Virus record (IMG/VR): IMGVR_UViG_3300049893_001984
Coordinates: 64,001-128,000 of that record
Source: a virus
Length of the DNA: 64,000 bases
Reading direction: 5' to 3' (one strand)
Part shown: positions 18,658 through 28,654 of the stretch, piece after piece
Layout: every line of letters starts with the position of its first letter
Numbering within the stretch: the first letter of the stretch is position 1
Notes under the pieces: model-generated
Databases searched by the model: none
What the model was told of the DNA's origin: nothing
Seen by the model: only the letters and a program-made list of their open reading frames with translations
Translations under genes and position numbers: made by a program

Positions 18658-19799
18658 TGCCCGACGTTGATTACGTTTACAGTATTCAAAACGATGTTGC
18701 TGGCGGTATTGTAAACCTTGAAAAACTGAAAACAGAGATTCAAGAGTCTGCTATATCAATAGCCTTGCATTATCTAGGTACAAGCGGAGATGATCTCCAT
18801 ATCTACTTTAGAGATGAGTTGACTGCTGGTGACTTGCTTATTCTCGACGGTGGAACTACTAATCCAGCAGGAGGCCTATTAGCCGCGCATGACGGGACGC
18901 CAACAGCTGAATCACAGGTAACAGGTGTGCGTCTTGTTGATCCAGACGGTATCCCTCAGCCAGCTATATTTAGTTCTGACGGTAACCTCAAGGTTGTTAG
19001 TGCGTCGCCGATATCCACTAGGCATAACGCGTTCACATTTAACTTCTGCGACAAGACTACGTGGTACGAAGGTTCTATACAGGTCACGAATGCAACCCTT
19101 ACCAATTCTGGCAACGACCGGTTGTTCACATCCGCTCACGACAACTGGATTGATATGACACACGGTAAGGTGACGTTTGAGGACGATATTGTTGCTAAGA
19201 ACTCAAACAAGTGGCTGGTGGAAGTTAAGGTCGACGGTGTTACCAAGACGCAGTCAACTTTTGGCAATGGTAACGATGGAGATTATCAGGTTAACTTTGC
19301 AGACGGATCGATCACGTTTAACGCTGATGTAACTGGCACAGTCACCGCCTCTTATTGGTATGCTGACACTGGTGTTTTCACGTATAAGCCAACCGCTGGT
19401 AACGTTGCCATTATTGAGACCGTTGAAGTTCAGTTCTCAAAAAATATAGACCTCAACCAGGCCATGGTGTTCCAGATCTATGGTTATGCTGGTGTGTTTG
19501 CTCCCGGTCTTGGTCTTCCTTCGACAACGCTTATCCCTATTCTTACAAACAAGTACAAGCGTGCAGACGATTATATCAATGAGTCAAACGGCTCATTCGA
19601 CCCTATACCAGCTTTTGGTGGTACAACTCGGGGGTTCACCTCGGATAGGATTATTCTGCGCTGGGATTATAAAATGGTTAGTCGTATCGACCTTCGGTCT
19701 GACTACGGGATGGAAATCAGAATGTATCCTGAACTGCACACGCCTTTTGGCGGTGAGTCTGCGACACTGGCTATCTATGGAACAATGGAAGCGCTGTAA
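18657..19799 (+). CDS. Probable virion structural protein
   Basis: ATG 18657 coupled to the previous stop; VEVKVDGVTKTQ...GDYQVNFADGSITF motif typical of tail/baseplate beta domains. Confidence 0.7.
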   Translation: MPDVDYVYSIQNDVAGGIVNLEKLKTEIQESAISIALHYLGTSGDDLHIYFRDELTAGDLLILDGGTTNPAGGLLAAHDGTPTAESQVTGVRLVDPDGIPQPAIFSSDGNLKVVSASPISTRHNAFTFNFCDKTTWYEGSIQVTNATLTNSGNDRLFTSAHDNWIDMTHGKVTFEDDIVAKNSNKWLVEVKVDGVTKTQSTFGNGNDGDYQVNFADGSITFNADVTGTVTASYWYADTGVFTYKPTAGNVAIIETVEVQFSKNIDLNQAMVFQIYGYAGVFAPGLGLPSTTLIPILTNKYKRADDYINESNGSFDPIPAFGGTTRGFTSDRIILRWDYKMVSRIDLRSDYGMEIRMYPELHTPFGGESATLAIYGTMEAL

Positions 19800-19817
19800 C
19801 TCATAACTGTAACTGTA

Positions 19818-20429
19818 TTAAAAACATGACCCCTCGAGAAGCCAGTGATCGAGGGGTTTTTTATTTAGTTTGATACGGCGAGCCGTCCACCCAGGTTTCA
19901 ACCCGAGCGCTGAAACGAAGAATTCGGGCTTCCTAGGCTTAACATGGGGAGCCCGGTCTACGGCGTTATCAATAATGATAACCTTGGCCTTAGGCAGAAG
20001 GACCCGCTTAAGCTCACGTAGAACAGAGGTAAGAACTGAATCATCGATCATGTGCTGAAACACTAGGCTTGAGAACAAAAAGTCTATGTGCGGGTTATTA
20101 AACGGCAATGAAAACGGCCGCGTGGCATGAATAGGGGTCACAGCGGGTGATAAGCTTGCAGCCTTCTTCAACGCCCCTTCTACGAGGTCAACCGCCCATA
20201 TGTGCTTAGACCTCTTACAGAGGAACGGTATGAACCTCCCGATCCCACATCCAAAATCCATCGTGTTTGAATAGATAGTTTTCGGATCAAACATTGGTGC
20301 TAAATAGTTCTCTATGGTTTTCTTTTGCTCTAGGTGGTCCAGGTCAATGTGGCCCACGTACGCTTCCCCTTGATCAGAGAAGCGCTTATTCCAATAGTCC
20401 TGTTGTTCGTCCAGGGTGTTTAGAGCCAT
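19818..20429 (-). CDS. Class I SAM-dependent methyltransferase
   Basis: Motif I MDFGCGIGRF, WAVDLVE, IDFLFSSLVFQHM, LKRVLLP; likely start 20429 overlapping the upstream stop. Confidence 0.88.
   Translation of the reverse strand: MALNTLDEQQDYWNKRFSDQGEAYVGHIDLDHLEQKKTIENYLAPMFDPKTIYSNTMDFGCGIGRFIPFLCKRSKHIWAVDLVEGALKKAASLSPAVTPIHATRPFSLPFNNPHIDFLFSSLVFQHMIDDSVLTSVLRELKRVLLPKAKVIIIDNAVDRAPHVKPRKPEFFVSALGLKPGWTARRIKLNKKPLDHWLLEGSCF
19829..19866 (+). terminator. Intrinsic terminator of the plus-strand structural cassette, lying inside the last codons of the convergent methyltransferase gene
   Basis: acccctcga-gaagccagtga-tcgaggggt followed by tttttattt. Confidence 0.75.
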
Positions 20430-21220
20430 TTGTGCGCACATTCCCGTATGGCAACCGTAACAGCTGACGGTTCTGGGTTCCAACCTGACTCGAGGACAAC
20501 ACAGGGGGTCTTAAGCGGGTTCCAGACTTTCTCGTACCTGGCTTTGTTGGTGCTCTTTATGGCGCTATTAACAGCGGCGTCTGACCAGACCAAATGGTTT
20601 GCCCCGCAAAGGCTTGCAAGATGCATAGGGCCACTTGAGGGCCCAACAACCATGCCACACGCGGCCATCATATCCATCAAGCGTGAAAGCGGTATGTTTC
20701 GACGATCCTCGGCCCACTTTGGGCAATAGGCTTTCGTTCCTATAGCTCCAATCCGATACTTCTTATGGATGGGAGCCAGCACTTCATCCCACTTCTCGAC
20801 TGGGTAGGAGTGGTCTTTGTGTTTACCGATAGGCTCTCTGGCGTGAATGAGGATGTCAAACCTATCCTCTTCCGTGCAGTGAGTTGAGTCGCCAAACTGG
20901 ATGAAGTTCTGCCGGTTGATCGTGATTGACGACGTGGGACGAACAATATGCCCGTCCACGCTAGCCAGCTCTTCTTTCAACGCCGTCAACGACTCCTTGT
21001 CTTCCTGGGTCGCTGGCGTAAACAAACAACAGTCTGACAGTCCTACTAGGGAGTGACCTATAAACTCCGTACAGAAGTCTTCATATAGGACTTCGTGCTC
21101 TTGCGGAGCGCAGACAACTATCTTGTCGTAATTTTGGGATAAGGCCCGTAGGTAGCCTTGCCACGACATGAGCTCCCAACCAAACTCACCAACCCACGGT
21201 CCTGCAACCAAAGTCTGCAC
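20420..21220 (-). CDS. GT-B glycosyltransferase resembling family 9 (heptosyltransferase-like)
   Basis: LSRLMDMMAACGMVVGPSSGPMHLASLCG resembles the GT9 C-terminal motif (L.ELAAL...ADLVVGNDSGPMHLAAA); N-terminal VGEFGWELM. Confidence 0.7.
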   Translation of the reverse strand: MQTLVAGPWVGEFGWELMSWQGYLRALSQNYDKIVVCAPQEHEVLYEDFCTEFIGHSLVGLSDCCLFTPATQEDKESLTALKEELASVDGHIVRPTSSITINRQNFIQFGDSTHCTEEDRFDILIHAREPIGKHKDHSYPVEKWDEVLAPIHKKYRIGAIGTKAYCPKWAEDRRNIPLSRLMDMMAACGMVVGPSSGPMHLASLCGANHLVWSDAAVNSAIKSTNKARYEKVWNPLKTPCVVLESGWNPEPSAVTVAIRECAHKWL

Positions 21221-21231
21221 TTTTTGTCCCC

Positions 21232-21603
21232 TTATGGTTTTAACTTATCGTTCTGCTGCTGCCTAACCCACTCTGCGATCAGACGAACGTCTGACTTAAT
21301 CTGATTAAGGTCGTCGCCCAGGCGACGCTGTTCTGTCTTAAGCATTGTTATATCTTTATCATGTAAATCCACACTCCATTTTATGGCTCGTGTAGGCTCA
21401 CATCCGGTTTTGTCCAGGGAGTGAACGTGCGTCCTAAGCTCTTCTAGGTTTAATTGCATCGTTCTAATCGTCTGTTGCATATTACCATCTCGGTAGAAAT
21501 AACCTGCTACCAGAGAGGCTATGACGAAAAGCACACTCGCAACGGAAAACCACTGTTTTGACCATACGCTTTCTTCGTCTTTGTCTTGTCTTATGCTAGG
21601 CAT
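21232..21603 (-). CDS. Single-pass membrane protein with coiled coil (holin/spanin-like architecture, unproven)
   Basis: Likely start 21603 after GGGAGG; TM segment WFSVASVLFVIASLVAGYFY followed by a heptad region. Confidence 0.6.
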   Translation of the reverse strand: MPSIRQDKDEESVWSKQWFSVASVLFVIASLVAGYFYRDGNMQQTIRTMQLNLEELRTHVHSLDKTGCEPTRAIKWSVDLHDKDITMLKTEQRRLGDDLNQIKSDVRLIAEWVRQQQNDKLKP

Positions 21604-21664
21604 GTTAACCTCCCATACAAGCGCACACAATGTATGTGCGCCGCCTCCATATATAGTTTATAGC

Positions 21665-23554
21665 TTATCCGCCACCTAACTGTTGCTGTAACATCTGCTG
21701 CCCGCCCTGTGATTGGGCTTGCTGCTTAATCGTCTTCATCTTCGATATTATAAGCGCATGTAGTGTCTCATTGCTCTTTTTAATCTGAAGAAGTTGACTC
21801 TTTCTTTGTTCGTAAGGCATACCTAGCATTTGGTAAGCTATTTGCTCTGCCTGTGCCATCATATCATCCGGCGTAATACCAGAACCGCCAGGTCCGCCTC
21901 CAGTTGGCATACCACCACCCATTGGCATCCCTCCACCAGGAGGCATTCCACCACCACCGGGTGGCATTCCACCGCCCTGACTAGGATCCATAGGAGGCAT
22001 GGCAGGTCCACCTGGTGTCCCAGGTTGAGCCATACCAGCCGAGCCCTGCGCCATGGTCTGCTGAAGCTCCTGACGCTGGGCAGCGCGTTCCTGGTACTTG
22101 GCCTGGGCCTCTTCCATAAACTCCTGCTCGTCGAACTTCTTCTTGGTTTCTTCTCGGAAGTTGATACCAAGGGGACGAAGAGAGGTGTCGTTGGAAATCT
22201 GACCGGACGCCGCAAGCTGAAGCTGTGTCTGCTTCTTCTCGAGATCGTCAGACAGGGTAACAGGCAAAAGTCTGCCTTTGAGGTTTTCCCAGTTCTGGAG
22301 CTCGCTGGTGCGCTTGAACATCCAATTAAGGAAGCCATTCATACCGTTAACAAGGTGCACCCAGGTTCTTTCAAACAAGCGCAAAGCCACCGGGGCAGCC
22401 TGTATCTGAAGGCTGCCTTTGTAGAGCTCAGCGGGGACACCTTGGCTGTTCAGGAACTCGTCGGTTGCCTTATCTATGAGGTCTGTAGGCGCCAAGTTCT
22501 TGGCATCAGCCCCCAACATCTTAAGGTCGATCGAGAACGGAAGGGCGTGTATGGTAGTAGGGTCTCTCCTGTGTTGCCTGAACATATTCATTACGCGGCT
22601 GTAGAAGTTGCCCACGTTCATATGCAACAACGGATCGGCCTCTCTGGAGGTTCCAGGGGTCGGTGTAATTACTCGGAAGGGTATGATGTAGTCCAAGGCT
22701 ATAGCTTCGTTGTACCGCTTCAAAACCTGTATGTACCACGCCTGCTTGAAGTTAGCCATAATCAACGGCAAACCCCAACCATGCATGCGCACACCAGCCA
22801 AGGTCTCATCCTTAACGTGATAGATGAAATCGTTGTTGAACCGGAAAAGCTTGTCGTGCTTGATTGCCTCGATGATTTCCCAGCTGGTTTCTTCTAGGTA
22901 GAAGGGGTTCCCCTTCTTGATCTCGTTTTTAAACAGGGCATTAATTTCCCACAGGTAAATCTTCTTACCAGAGACAGGGTGGTACATAATGCGTATTTCA
23001 TGCGGGGACCAATGGACAACCTTGATCTGGTCCTGGCCTAGGGAGCGTCTGTCTACACGAGTAAAATGACCTTTGTAGCTGCAGCTTTCGCAGGTTCCAA
23101 GAAACTGGTAGTTTTCCCACTGCCAGTTTATGGCATTCAAAGGACGTTCAAGGTGACACTTAGGGCACCGTAGATAACGACGAAACGGTACGTGCAGAGA
23201 AACAAAAGAGTTACCATAGGCCATATAATTGTCGCCTACGGTGGCCAGAACTTCCATGATCTTGATCTGGTTATTCAGGAACTCTTCGTACTTCTCCTTC
23301 TCGTCATCTGAGGCATCGGTCAGTTCTACTTCCGTTAGAAAGTATCTAACGACACGCTGCGCAGCCATACGATATGTGCCGTACGTCAGCCAAACGTATT
23401 CGGCCCAACGGAACACGTCGTAGATGCTCCTAGGCATCTGTGTTGACGCGTAGTCCAGGTAAGGATCCGGAAAGGCACCGGAGAACCTGTTATTGGACGC
23501 TGACCCCGTAGGTATAACTGGAAAGGCTGGGATTGTGGACTGTCCATCTGCCAT
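21665..23554 (-). CDS. Probable portal protein with a zinc-ribbon insert and a G/P/M/Q-rich tail
   Basis: 629 aa, mostly helical. IYHVKDETLAGVRMHGWGLPLIMANFKQAWYIQVLKRYNEAIA resembles the portal clip/stem region. CPKC...CESC insert. Structural-gene context. Confidence 0.62.
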   Translation of the reverse strand: MADGQSTIPAFPVIPTGSASNNRFSGAFPDPYLDYASTQMPRSIYDVFRWAEYVWLTYGTYRMAAQRVVRYFLTEVELTDASDDEKEKYEEFLNNQIKIMEVLATVGDNYMAYGNSFVSLHVPFRRYLRCPKCHLERPLNAINWQWENYQFLGTCESCSYKGHFTRVDRRSLGQDQIKVVHWSPHEIRIMYHPVSGKKIYLWEINALFKNEIKKGNPFYLEETSWEIIEAIKHDKLFRFNNDFIYHVKDETLAGVRMHGWGLPLIMANFKQAWYIQVLKRYNEAIALDYIIPFRVITPTPGTSREADPLLHMNVGNFYSRVMNMFRQHRRDPTTIHALPFSIDLKMLGADAKNLAPTDLIDKATDEFLNSQGVPAELYKGSLQIQAAPVALRLFERTWVHLVNGMNGFLNWMFKRTSELQNWENLKGRLLPVTLSDDLEKKQTQLQLAASGQISNDTSLRPLGINFREETKKKFDEQEFMEEAQAKYQERAAQRQELQQTMAQGSAGMAQPGTPGGPAMPPMDPSQGGGMPPGGGGMPPGGGMPMGGGMPTGGGPGGSGITPDDMMAQAEQIAYQMLGMPYEQRKSQLLQIKKSNETLHALIISKMKTIKQQAQSQGGQQMLQQQLGGG

Positions 23555-23557
23555 TTG

Positions 23558-23773
23558 TTACTCCTTGTGGTCGTGAAGTCCGACCAGGGAATCGGCTATA
23601 TCTTTGAGCGGGGGAGTTTCCTCAGATGCACTTTTTGTATTGGCACTAGAGGCACAACCGGCGCAAACAGGAACATGCCCGATAAAAGCGGCAGCTTTTG
23701 AGGAGCAGCGGCTACACGTTGACCGTTTCTCTTCGGCTACATTTCGTTTTTCCATTTTAACCTCGCTCATCAA
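23558..23773 (-). CDS. Small zinc-finger protein
   Basis: CSRC...CAGC; ends 3 nt before the portal start. Confidence 0.6.
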   Translation of the reverse strand: MMSEVKMEKRNVAEEKRSTCSRCSSKAAAFIGHVPVCAGCASSANTKSASEETPPLKDIADSLVGLHDHKE

Positions 23774-24494
23774 TAAGAAAGACAGTCAGTGCCACCTTAC
23801 CATCTGGAAAGGGTGCATATACTATCGGATAGCAGTCAAATGACATGTCACCCAGTGTAACCTTAAGTGGATTCTGTAAATCACTAGGTGGTTCGTAAAA
23901 CAAACCTTCCTCATCGTACTGAAAGAGTATCAAAGAGTCATTGTGCCTAAAAGCTTTTTGGTACACAACGGAAAGCTTACCAAAACTTCCCTGGATTTGC
24001 ACCTTGATCCTCTGAAGGGGTTCCTTCTGCGAGGGGGCAGTACCAGCTATAGCTGTAACTATTGCCGCAGGTGTGGCGTTGGCTTCAACCTCTTTAATTT
24101 CCTTACTGTTATGGAAATCAACCTGCTTATCTTTACTTGCTGCTTCCTTCTTACTCTTCCTGTCTACGGTTGGCTTTATTTTTGCCGTGGTTCCAGACGC
24201 AAGTTCCTCTGCTTTTTCATAAGAAATCGGTTTACCCGACATGGCTGCCTGTTTTAACAGCTCAGCCGCTTTTTCGCTCACTTTGGTTATCTTTTGGTTC
24301 TCTGTCCCGTAACCTTCTATGACGTTAAAAGCCATTACACCGTCAAGTCTTCCAGAATAACCAGAGCTTTCGGAGTTTGATCTTTTAGCGTCGTCTATCT
24401 TAGGTACTATGACCGCGTTCGAGAAACCGTAGAGAGATCCATCTCTGTACTTTTTGGTTTCTTCGTCGCTTTCAACAAATGGGTTGGAACTCAT
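23757..24494 (-). CDS. Hypothetical protein
   Basis: 245-aa ORF with a GGAG RBS; KQAA and KEAA motifs. Confidence 0.7.
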   Translation of the reverse strand: MSSNPFVESDEETKKYRDGSLYGFSNAVIVPKIDDAKRSNSESSGYSGRLDGVMAFNVIEGYGTENQKITKVSEKAAELLKQAAMSGKPISYEKAEELASGTTAKIKPTVDRKSKKEAASKDKQVDFHNSKEIKEVEANATPAAIVTAIAGTAPSQKEPLQRIKVQIQGSFGKLSVVYQKAFRHNDSLILFQYDEEGLFYEPPSDLQNPLKVTLGDMSFDCYPIVYAPFPDGKVALTVFLIDERG

Positions 24495-24576
24495 TGTGCT
24501 ATCTTCTCCAGGTTAAACCAGCTGCATCGTATCTTCAGGCCCGTGATCCGTCTAGCTGATAGCTAAAGAAAAAGAA

Positions 24577-24609
24577 TAACCAAGCGGGCCAAACCGGCCC
24601 GCTTGGTTA
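24577..24609 (-). terminator. Intrinsic terminator
   Basis: Perfect 14-bp stem taaccaagcgggcc/ggcccgcttggtta; U-rich tail on the minus strand after the 24631-26139 gene. Confidence 0.85.
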
Positions 24610-24630
24610 CCTTTTGACATGCCATTCAAC

Positions 24631-26139
24631 CTACTTCACATTACCATTCACCTCCACGGGAGGATAAGGCAATATGCGCGCCCGGTATGAAGGCGAGGAC
24701 TGTGCCTTCATATATTTGTTATACGTTGTGGTGTGCAGCAGGTCCACGTCGTACCCAGGCCCAACCAGTTTGAACGAGTCAGGATGTGCACGTAAGTGCT
24801 GCATCCTACTGGGAAGAGAATCCAAATCTGCCCAACACTCGTCAACACCAGGAACAACCAAGGTGGCATCGTACATGTTCAAATTAGCGTGGTTTTGCCT
24901 ACCAGCCAAAACCGTCATGTACTGTACCGCCTGGTATGTGTCCCAGTCCAGGTTGTCCAACTCTGCCAGCGTCATTCGTTTTACTGCCTGAAGTGGTCCG
25001 AAGAGTGCTTTACCTCTAGAGACATTCTGACTGGCTCCACTTGGTATTCTAGGGTAAAGCTTGACGTAAAGACGAGGCCCGAACAGGCTCTGTATCCGTT
25101 CCTCGATGTCTTCAGAGCACGAAGATTCTGAGGTGACGAAGAATTCGTCTTCCCCAGGTCCGTACCTCACCTGGACATCGCCAGTCTGAGGGTCGTATGT
25201 TGCTTCCCCACGCACAGGCGTACATAACTCGCGTAATGGAAAATCACTGACTGCGAGTTGCCATAACGTCCTATCCTCAAGCGGATTAGGTCGGCGCGGT
25301 CTGTTGTTGACGGCACGGTACTCGCTGAGACGAGTATTATATGCCGTCTGCGAAGCTCGCATTATCTTGTAAGCTTCTTCTACAACTCTTTCAGCTGCTT
25401 CTATTTCCTGCTTGGAGGCGGAGAGGGCGCGAAGACGTTTTACCTCTTCTCTTCTCTCTGCGAGCTCTTCTTTAAGGCGTTTGCGTTCCGCACTTGTCTT
25501 ATCGTCCAAGTTATCCTTGAACAGCCGGTAACTTGACCGCTGAATTGGGTAACGGAGCGTAAAGTGGCTACCGGGTCTTGGCTCAGGGACCAGCAGCCTT
25601 GGTACGCGCAAATTAACATCGCCAGACCTGTTTACGTGCATTTCATCGAGATACACGCTAAGCGCGTATGACGCTTCCTGAAAGGCGCGGATGTGTTCGA
25701 TCTGCTTTGAATCGCGCGCGCGGGCGAAGTCAGTGAGGTCGGGAGAATATGGTCCCTGCCTAACTGAGGTGTCAACCAGCATATCTACTGGTACGAAACT
25801 CTCTTTTGTTGATCTTCCATTCTGTACAAGTTTACCGTCAGGTCTAGTAACAAGATACTGTGTCCCTACTCTCACAAGTCCGTCAACCTGCATGGGTTTT
25901 AGTATGTGGATGAGTGTTGGGCGGTTCGGATCATCAAGGGTCAACCCCCTGTGTATCAGGATACAACGGAGCCGGTGCAAGGGAACATACTGTTCGCTTC
26001 CGCCGTCTATGTCGTACCAGACAACTAGGGCCCTCCCAAACCTATCGTACTGTCCTCCTTTCAAGGTCTTGCCTAGCTCAATTACACTGTCAAGCGTGTC
26101 ATCTTGCATGATTTGTCCCTTACCAGACAGCCAGCTCAC
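24631..26139 (-). CDS. Hypothetical protein (~500 aa) with a central coiled coil
   Basis: Long ORF; no motif recognised. Confidence 0.75.
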   Translation of the reverse strand: MSWLSGKGQIMQDDTLDSVIELGKTLKGGQYDRFGRALVVWYDIDGGSEQYVPLHRLRCILIHRGLTLDDPNRPTLIHILKPMQVDGLVRVGTQYLVTRPDGKLVQNGRSTKESFVPVDMLVDTSVRQGPYSPDLTDFARARDSKQIEHIRAFQEASYALSVYLDEMHVNRSGDVNLRVPRLLVPEPRPGSHFTLRYPIQRSSYRLFKDNLDDKTSAERKRLKEELAERREEVKRLRALSASKQEIEAAERVVEEAYKIMRASQTAYNTRLSEYRAVNNRPRRPNPLEDRTLWQLAVSDFPLRELCTPVRGEATYDPQTGDVQVRYGPGEDEFFVTSESSCSEDIEERIQSLFGPRLYVKLYPRIPSGASQNVSRGKALFGPLQAVKRMTLAELDNLDWDTYQAVQYMTVLAGRQNHANLNMYDATLVVPGVDECWADLDSLPSRMQHLRAHPDSFKLVGPGYDVDLLHTTTYNKYMKAQSSPSYRARILPYPPVEVNGNVK

Positions 26140-26160
26140 ACGGTCGCATGTGAACCAAAT

Positions 26161-26188
26161 AAAAAACGACCATTCGATGGCCGTTTTT
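26161..26188 (-). terminator. Intrinsic terminator
   Basis: Minus strand CGGCCAU-CGA-AUGGUCG-UUUUUU. Confidence 0.7.
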
Positions 26189-26244
26189 GTGTCTCTACTG
26201 AAGTGACCCGAGCGGTCTTCGTCAGCAGCTGGTACTTTCGGGCG

Positions 26245-26571
26245 TCAGTCGGACCTTGGTCGGTCAATTAAGGTCCTAAACCGATTGTCATTTTCCCACA
26301 CCAGCTCAGTGCTTTCCGGGAGTTCGAACGACACCCCATTGGAAGCCTTGAGGTGGAACGTCTGCACAGGAGTGCTGAGCTGCAAAGGTGTACCATCAAT
26401 TTTAGGGTAACACCACCCAGCCCCTGTTCTTAACAGTAACGAGTAAAGCTCTCTCTTGAACGCATCCAGGTTTTCGGTGTCTCCGGATATGGGTGGATCC
26501 CCATTGTCAGGCACGACTACAAACGAATAGACATGGTTGACTTTACTCTCTTCACCCATTCCGTCGCTCAT
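26245..26571 (-). CDS. Hypothetical protein
   Basis: 108 aa, coupled to the upstream gene. Confidence 0.65.
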   Translation of the reverse strand: MSDGMGEESKVNHVYSFVVVPDNGDPPISGDTENLDAFKRELYSLLLRTGAGWCYPKIDGTPLQLSTPVQTFHLKASNGVSFELPESTELVWENDNRFRTLIDRPRSD

Positions 26572-27092
26572 GACTTACCTCCTTTCTCGGGTATGTTTCC
26601 AAACAGACCCACATACCGCTGCAGGTCAAGGTCAGGTGACAACAGCGGAGGGAACGCTATGCAATCGTCGTCTGGATGTAACTTACTTCCCTCTGGAGCA
26701 CAGCAAATTCCTGCCATTACATGCTCTACTTGCTGACTAGTCCCGTCAGGTGCAACCCTGCGAGCTTCTACAGTCAAAGCCTTTTTAACTGTAGGCTGGC
26801 TAGCGGCTATGTTTCCATCTTCGTAAAGAATTACGTATGAGACTACGACATCTCTTTCCTGCCTGTTTTCTATCCGGTTGTAGACGGAGCTGCCTCTGTT
26901 AACAGCAACGTTAACAGTGTGTATCAACGCCCCAGTTTGGTCGGACCAGTCAGAGACCTGTTTATCTATCGGAGCTTTACGGTCCAATAAAATCCAAGCA
27001 TCAGAGTCGACACGGCATTCCTTAAAGTGTTCCTCGAACAAACGTGTCTTACGCCTTTGGCTGCCCATTTTGCAGTTCCTTCTTAAGTTCAT
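26568..27092 (-). CDS. Hypothetical protein
   Basis: 174 aa within the operon. Confidence 0.65.
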   Translation of the reverse strand: MNLRRNCKMGSQRRKTRLFEEHFKECRVDSDAWILLDRKAPIDKQVSDWSDQTGALIHTVNVAVNRGSSVYNRIENRQERDVVVSYVILYEDGNIAASQPTVKKALTVEARRVAPDGTSQQVEHVMAGICCAPEGSKLHPDDDCIAFPPLLSPDLDLQRYVGLFGNIPEKGGKS

Positions 27093-28056
27093 CTCTTGTA
27101 ACTACGTGGACACCAACGTGATCAAACGCACAACTTCCAGCTGCAACAGCCAGCTTAGACGCGTCATCAAGTGACCACTTACACCCAAGGCCATAAGCTA
27201 GTGCAGCTAGCGCAGAATCACCGCAACCAGATGGATCGCCAAACACCCTACGTTGTGCTTCTATTTCCAAAATGTTGAACTGGGATTCATCACTATCAGG
27301 ATCTGGCGCGTCAAACAGCACCGCGCCATCTGGTCCACGTGTAACCAACAAAGACTTTGCCTTCATAGGACAAATGTGAGCTAGGAGGTCCAGCGGATCC
27401 TCCTCGTCACCAAACACGTCGTTCGTATGCCGCCTTATGACTTGCTGCAGTTCGTGTAAGTTAGGTTTTATACATACAGCAGCCCCGTACTTTAGAAAAT
27501 CTGTGCCCTTTGGATCAACAACGTAGGGCACCTTCATCGCCTCCAACTCCCACATAAAGGGTTCAGTTATCACCCCCTTAGCGTAGTCGGAGACTACAAC
27601 GAGGTCGTACGCCCTTTGCTCTTCTATTAAGTCAAGAAGGGTGGCGGCAAAGGAGATGTCAACTGCATGCTTATCTTCATTGTCAATCCGCACTGAGTGT
27701 CTGTTTCTAGGAAGAACAATCCGCTCTTTTCGTGTTGTCTTCCTATCGGTATCAATGAACAACCTGTCCCCCAGGTCAACGCGGCTTAGCAATGCCTGGA
27801 GAACCTTTCCATCGTGGTCATCACCTACTGCGCCGTACAGATCTACCTTGGCCCCAAGTGACTGCAGGTTGAGGGCTACGTTAGAGGCGCCTCCTGCTTT
27901 AAATTCCTGCTTCAGCTCAGTTACAACAGGTGTGAGCTCGTCTTCTGGAGATAGACATTTAGCTGTACAGTGTCTGTACACATCAAGTATTACGTCACCA
28001 ACAACCGCAACATAAGGCTTGCGCTTGGGTGACGAGAACAGATCACATAGACTCAT
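27049..28056 (-). CDS. rfaE: D-glycero-beta-D-manno-heptose-7-phosphate kinase-like (HldE/RfaE domain I, PfkB family)
   Basis: VAVVGDVILDVY, AGGASNVALNLQSLGA, LVVVSDYAKGVIT, VDPKG, IKPNLHE, LLVTRGPDG, DPSGCGDS; no fused adenylyltransferase domain. Confidence 0.88.
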   Translation of the reverse strand: MSLCDLFSSPKRKPYVAVVGDVILDVYRHCTAKCLSPEDELTPVVTELKQEFKAGGASNVALNLQSLGAKVDLYGAVGDDHDGKVLQALLSRVDLGDRLFIDTDRKTTRKERIVLPRNRHSVRIDNEDKHAVDISFAATLLDLIEEQRAYDLVVVSDYAKGVITEPFMWELEAMKVPYVVDPKGTDFLKYGAAVCIKPNLHELQQVIRRHTNDVFGDEEDPLDLLAHICPMKAKSLLVTRGPDGAVLFDAPDPDSDESQFNILEIEAQRRVFGDPSGCGDSALAALAYGLGCKWSLDDASKLAVAAGSCAFDHVGVHVVTRDELKKELQNGQPKA

Positions 28057-28640
28057 ATTCCACCTGTTTCTAAAACTGCCTTACCGATCGCCACTACGTC
28101 TTGTTCTGGTGGATCAAATTTAAAGTCTATGCAAAGAGGGGCATCTTTCTTGTCTATTCCGCTAAGAAGAGGCTTGAGCACGCCACTCAAACCAGAGAGT
28201 CCAAACACATCAACATGGTCTGGCGTAGGTTTAACCTTTCCCAGGTCTACTTGTATGGGGTCCAGAATAGGGGCGGTAAACATCTTTGGTACGTAAAACT
28301 TCTTTTTGTCCCGGTTCACGAAGTTGAGTGAGCTCATCCACCTTTTAAACCACATGTAAGAGTTTGCATCCATCACCTCTAACATGTTGCTCCACCCAGG
28401 ACAACGTTTAAGCACTTCGTGCTCAAACTCAATCTGAGTGGAAAGTATCTCACCCTTCCTGTTCTTCATATCCTCGCCAGTAGCTGCTGCGAAGGACTCT
28501 GGAAGGGACTCTGCTACCTGCGCGTAGATGTAGACCGGGGCCAGAGAGAAGATGACAAATCCCTCTTCTCTCAGCTTTTCAAACGAGTCTACGCCAGTTA
28601 GCTTTGGCGCCTTTAAACTACATGGGGGTACAGGGTTCAT
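28053..28640 (-). CDS. Hypothetical protein
   Basis: 195 aa, coupled. Confidence 0.65.
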   Translation of the reverse strand: MNPVPPCSLKAPKLTGVDSFEKLREEGFVIFSLAPVYIYAQVAESLPESFAAATGEDMKNRKGEILSTQIEFEHEVLKRCPGWSNMLEVMDANSYMWFKRWMSSLNFVNRDKKKFYVPKMFTAPILDPIQVDLGKVKPTPDHVDVFGLSGLSGVLKPLLSGIDKKDAPLCIDFKFDPPEQDVVAIGKAVLETGGI

Positions 28641-28654
28641 CTCTAACCTTGTGG

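Noticed and set aside
15914-19830. Recombinase-invertible fibre cassette (Mu G-segment-like)
   Set aside because: No convincing inverted repeats flank the plus-strand block, no invertase is in the window, and the paralogs have diverged at the DNA level.
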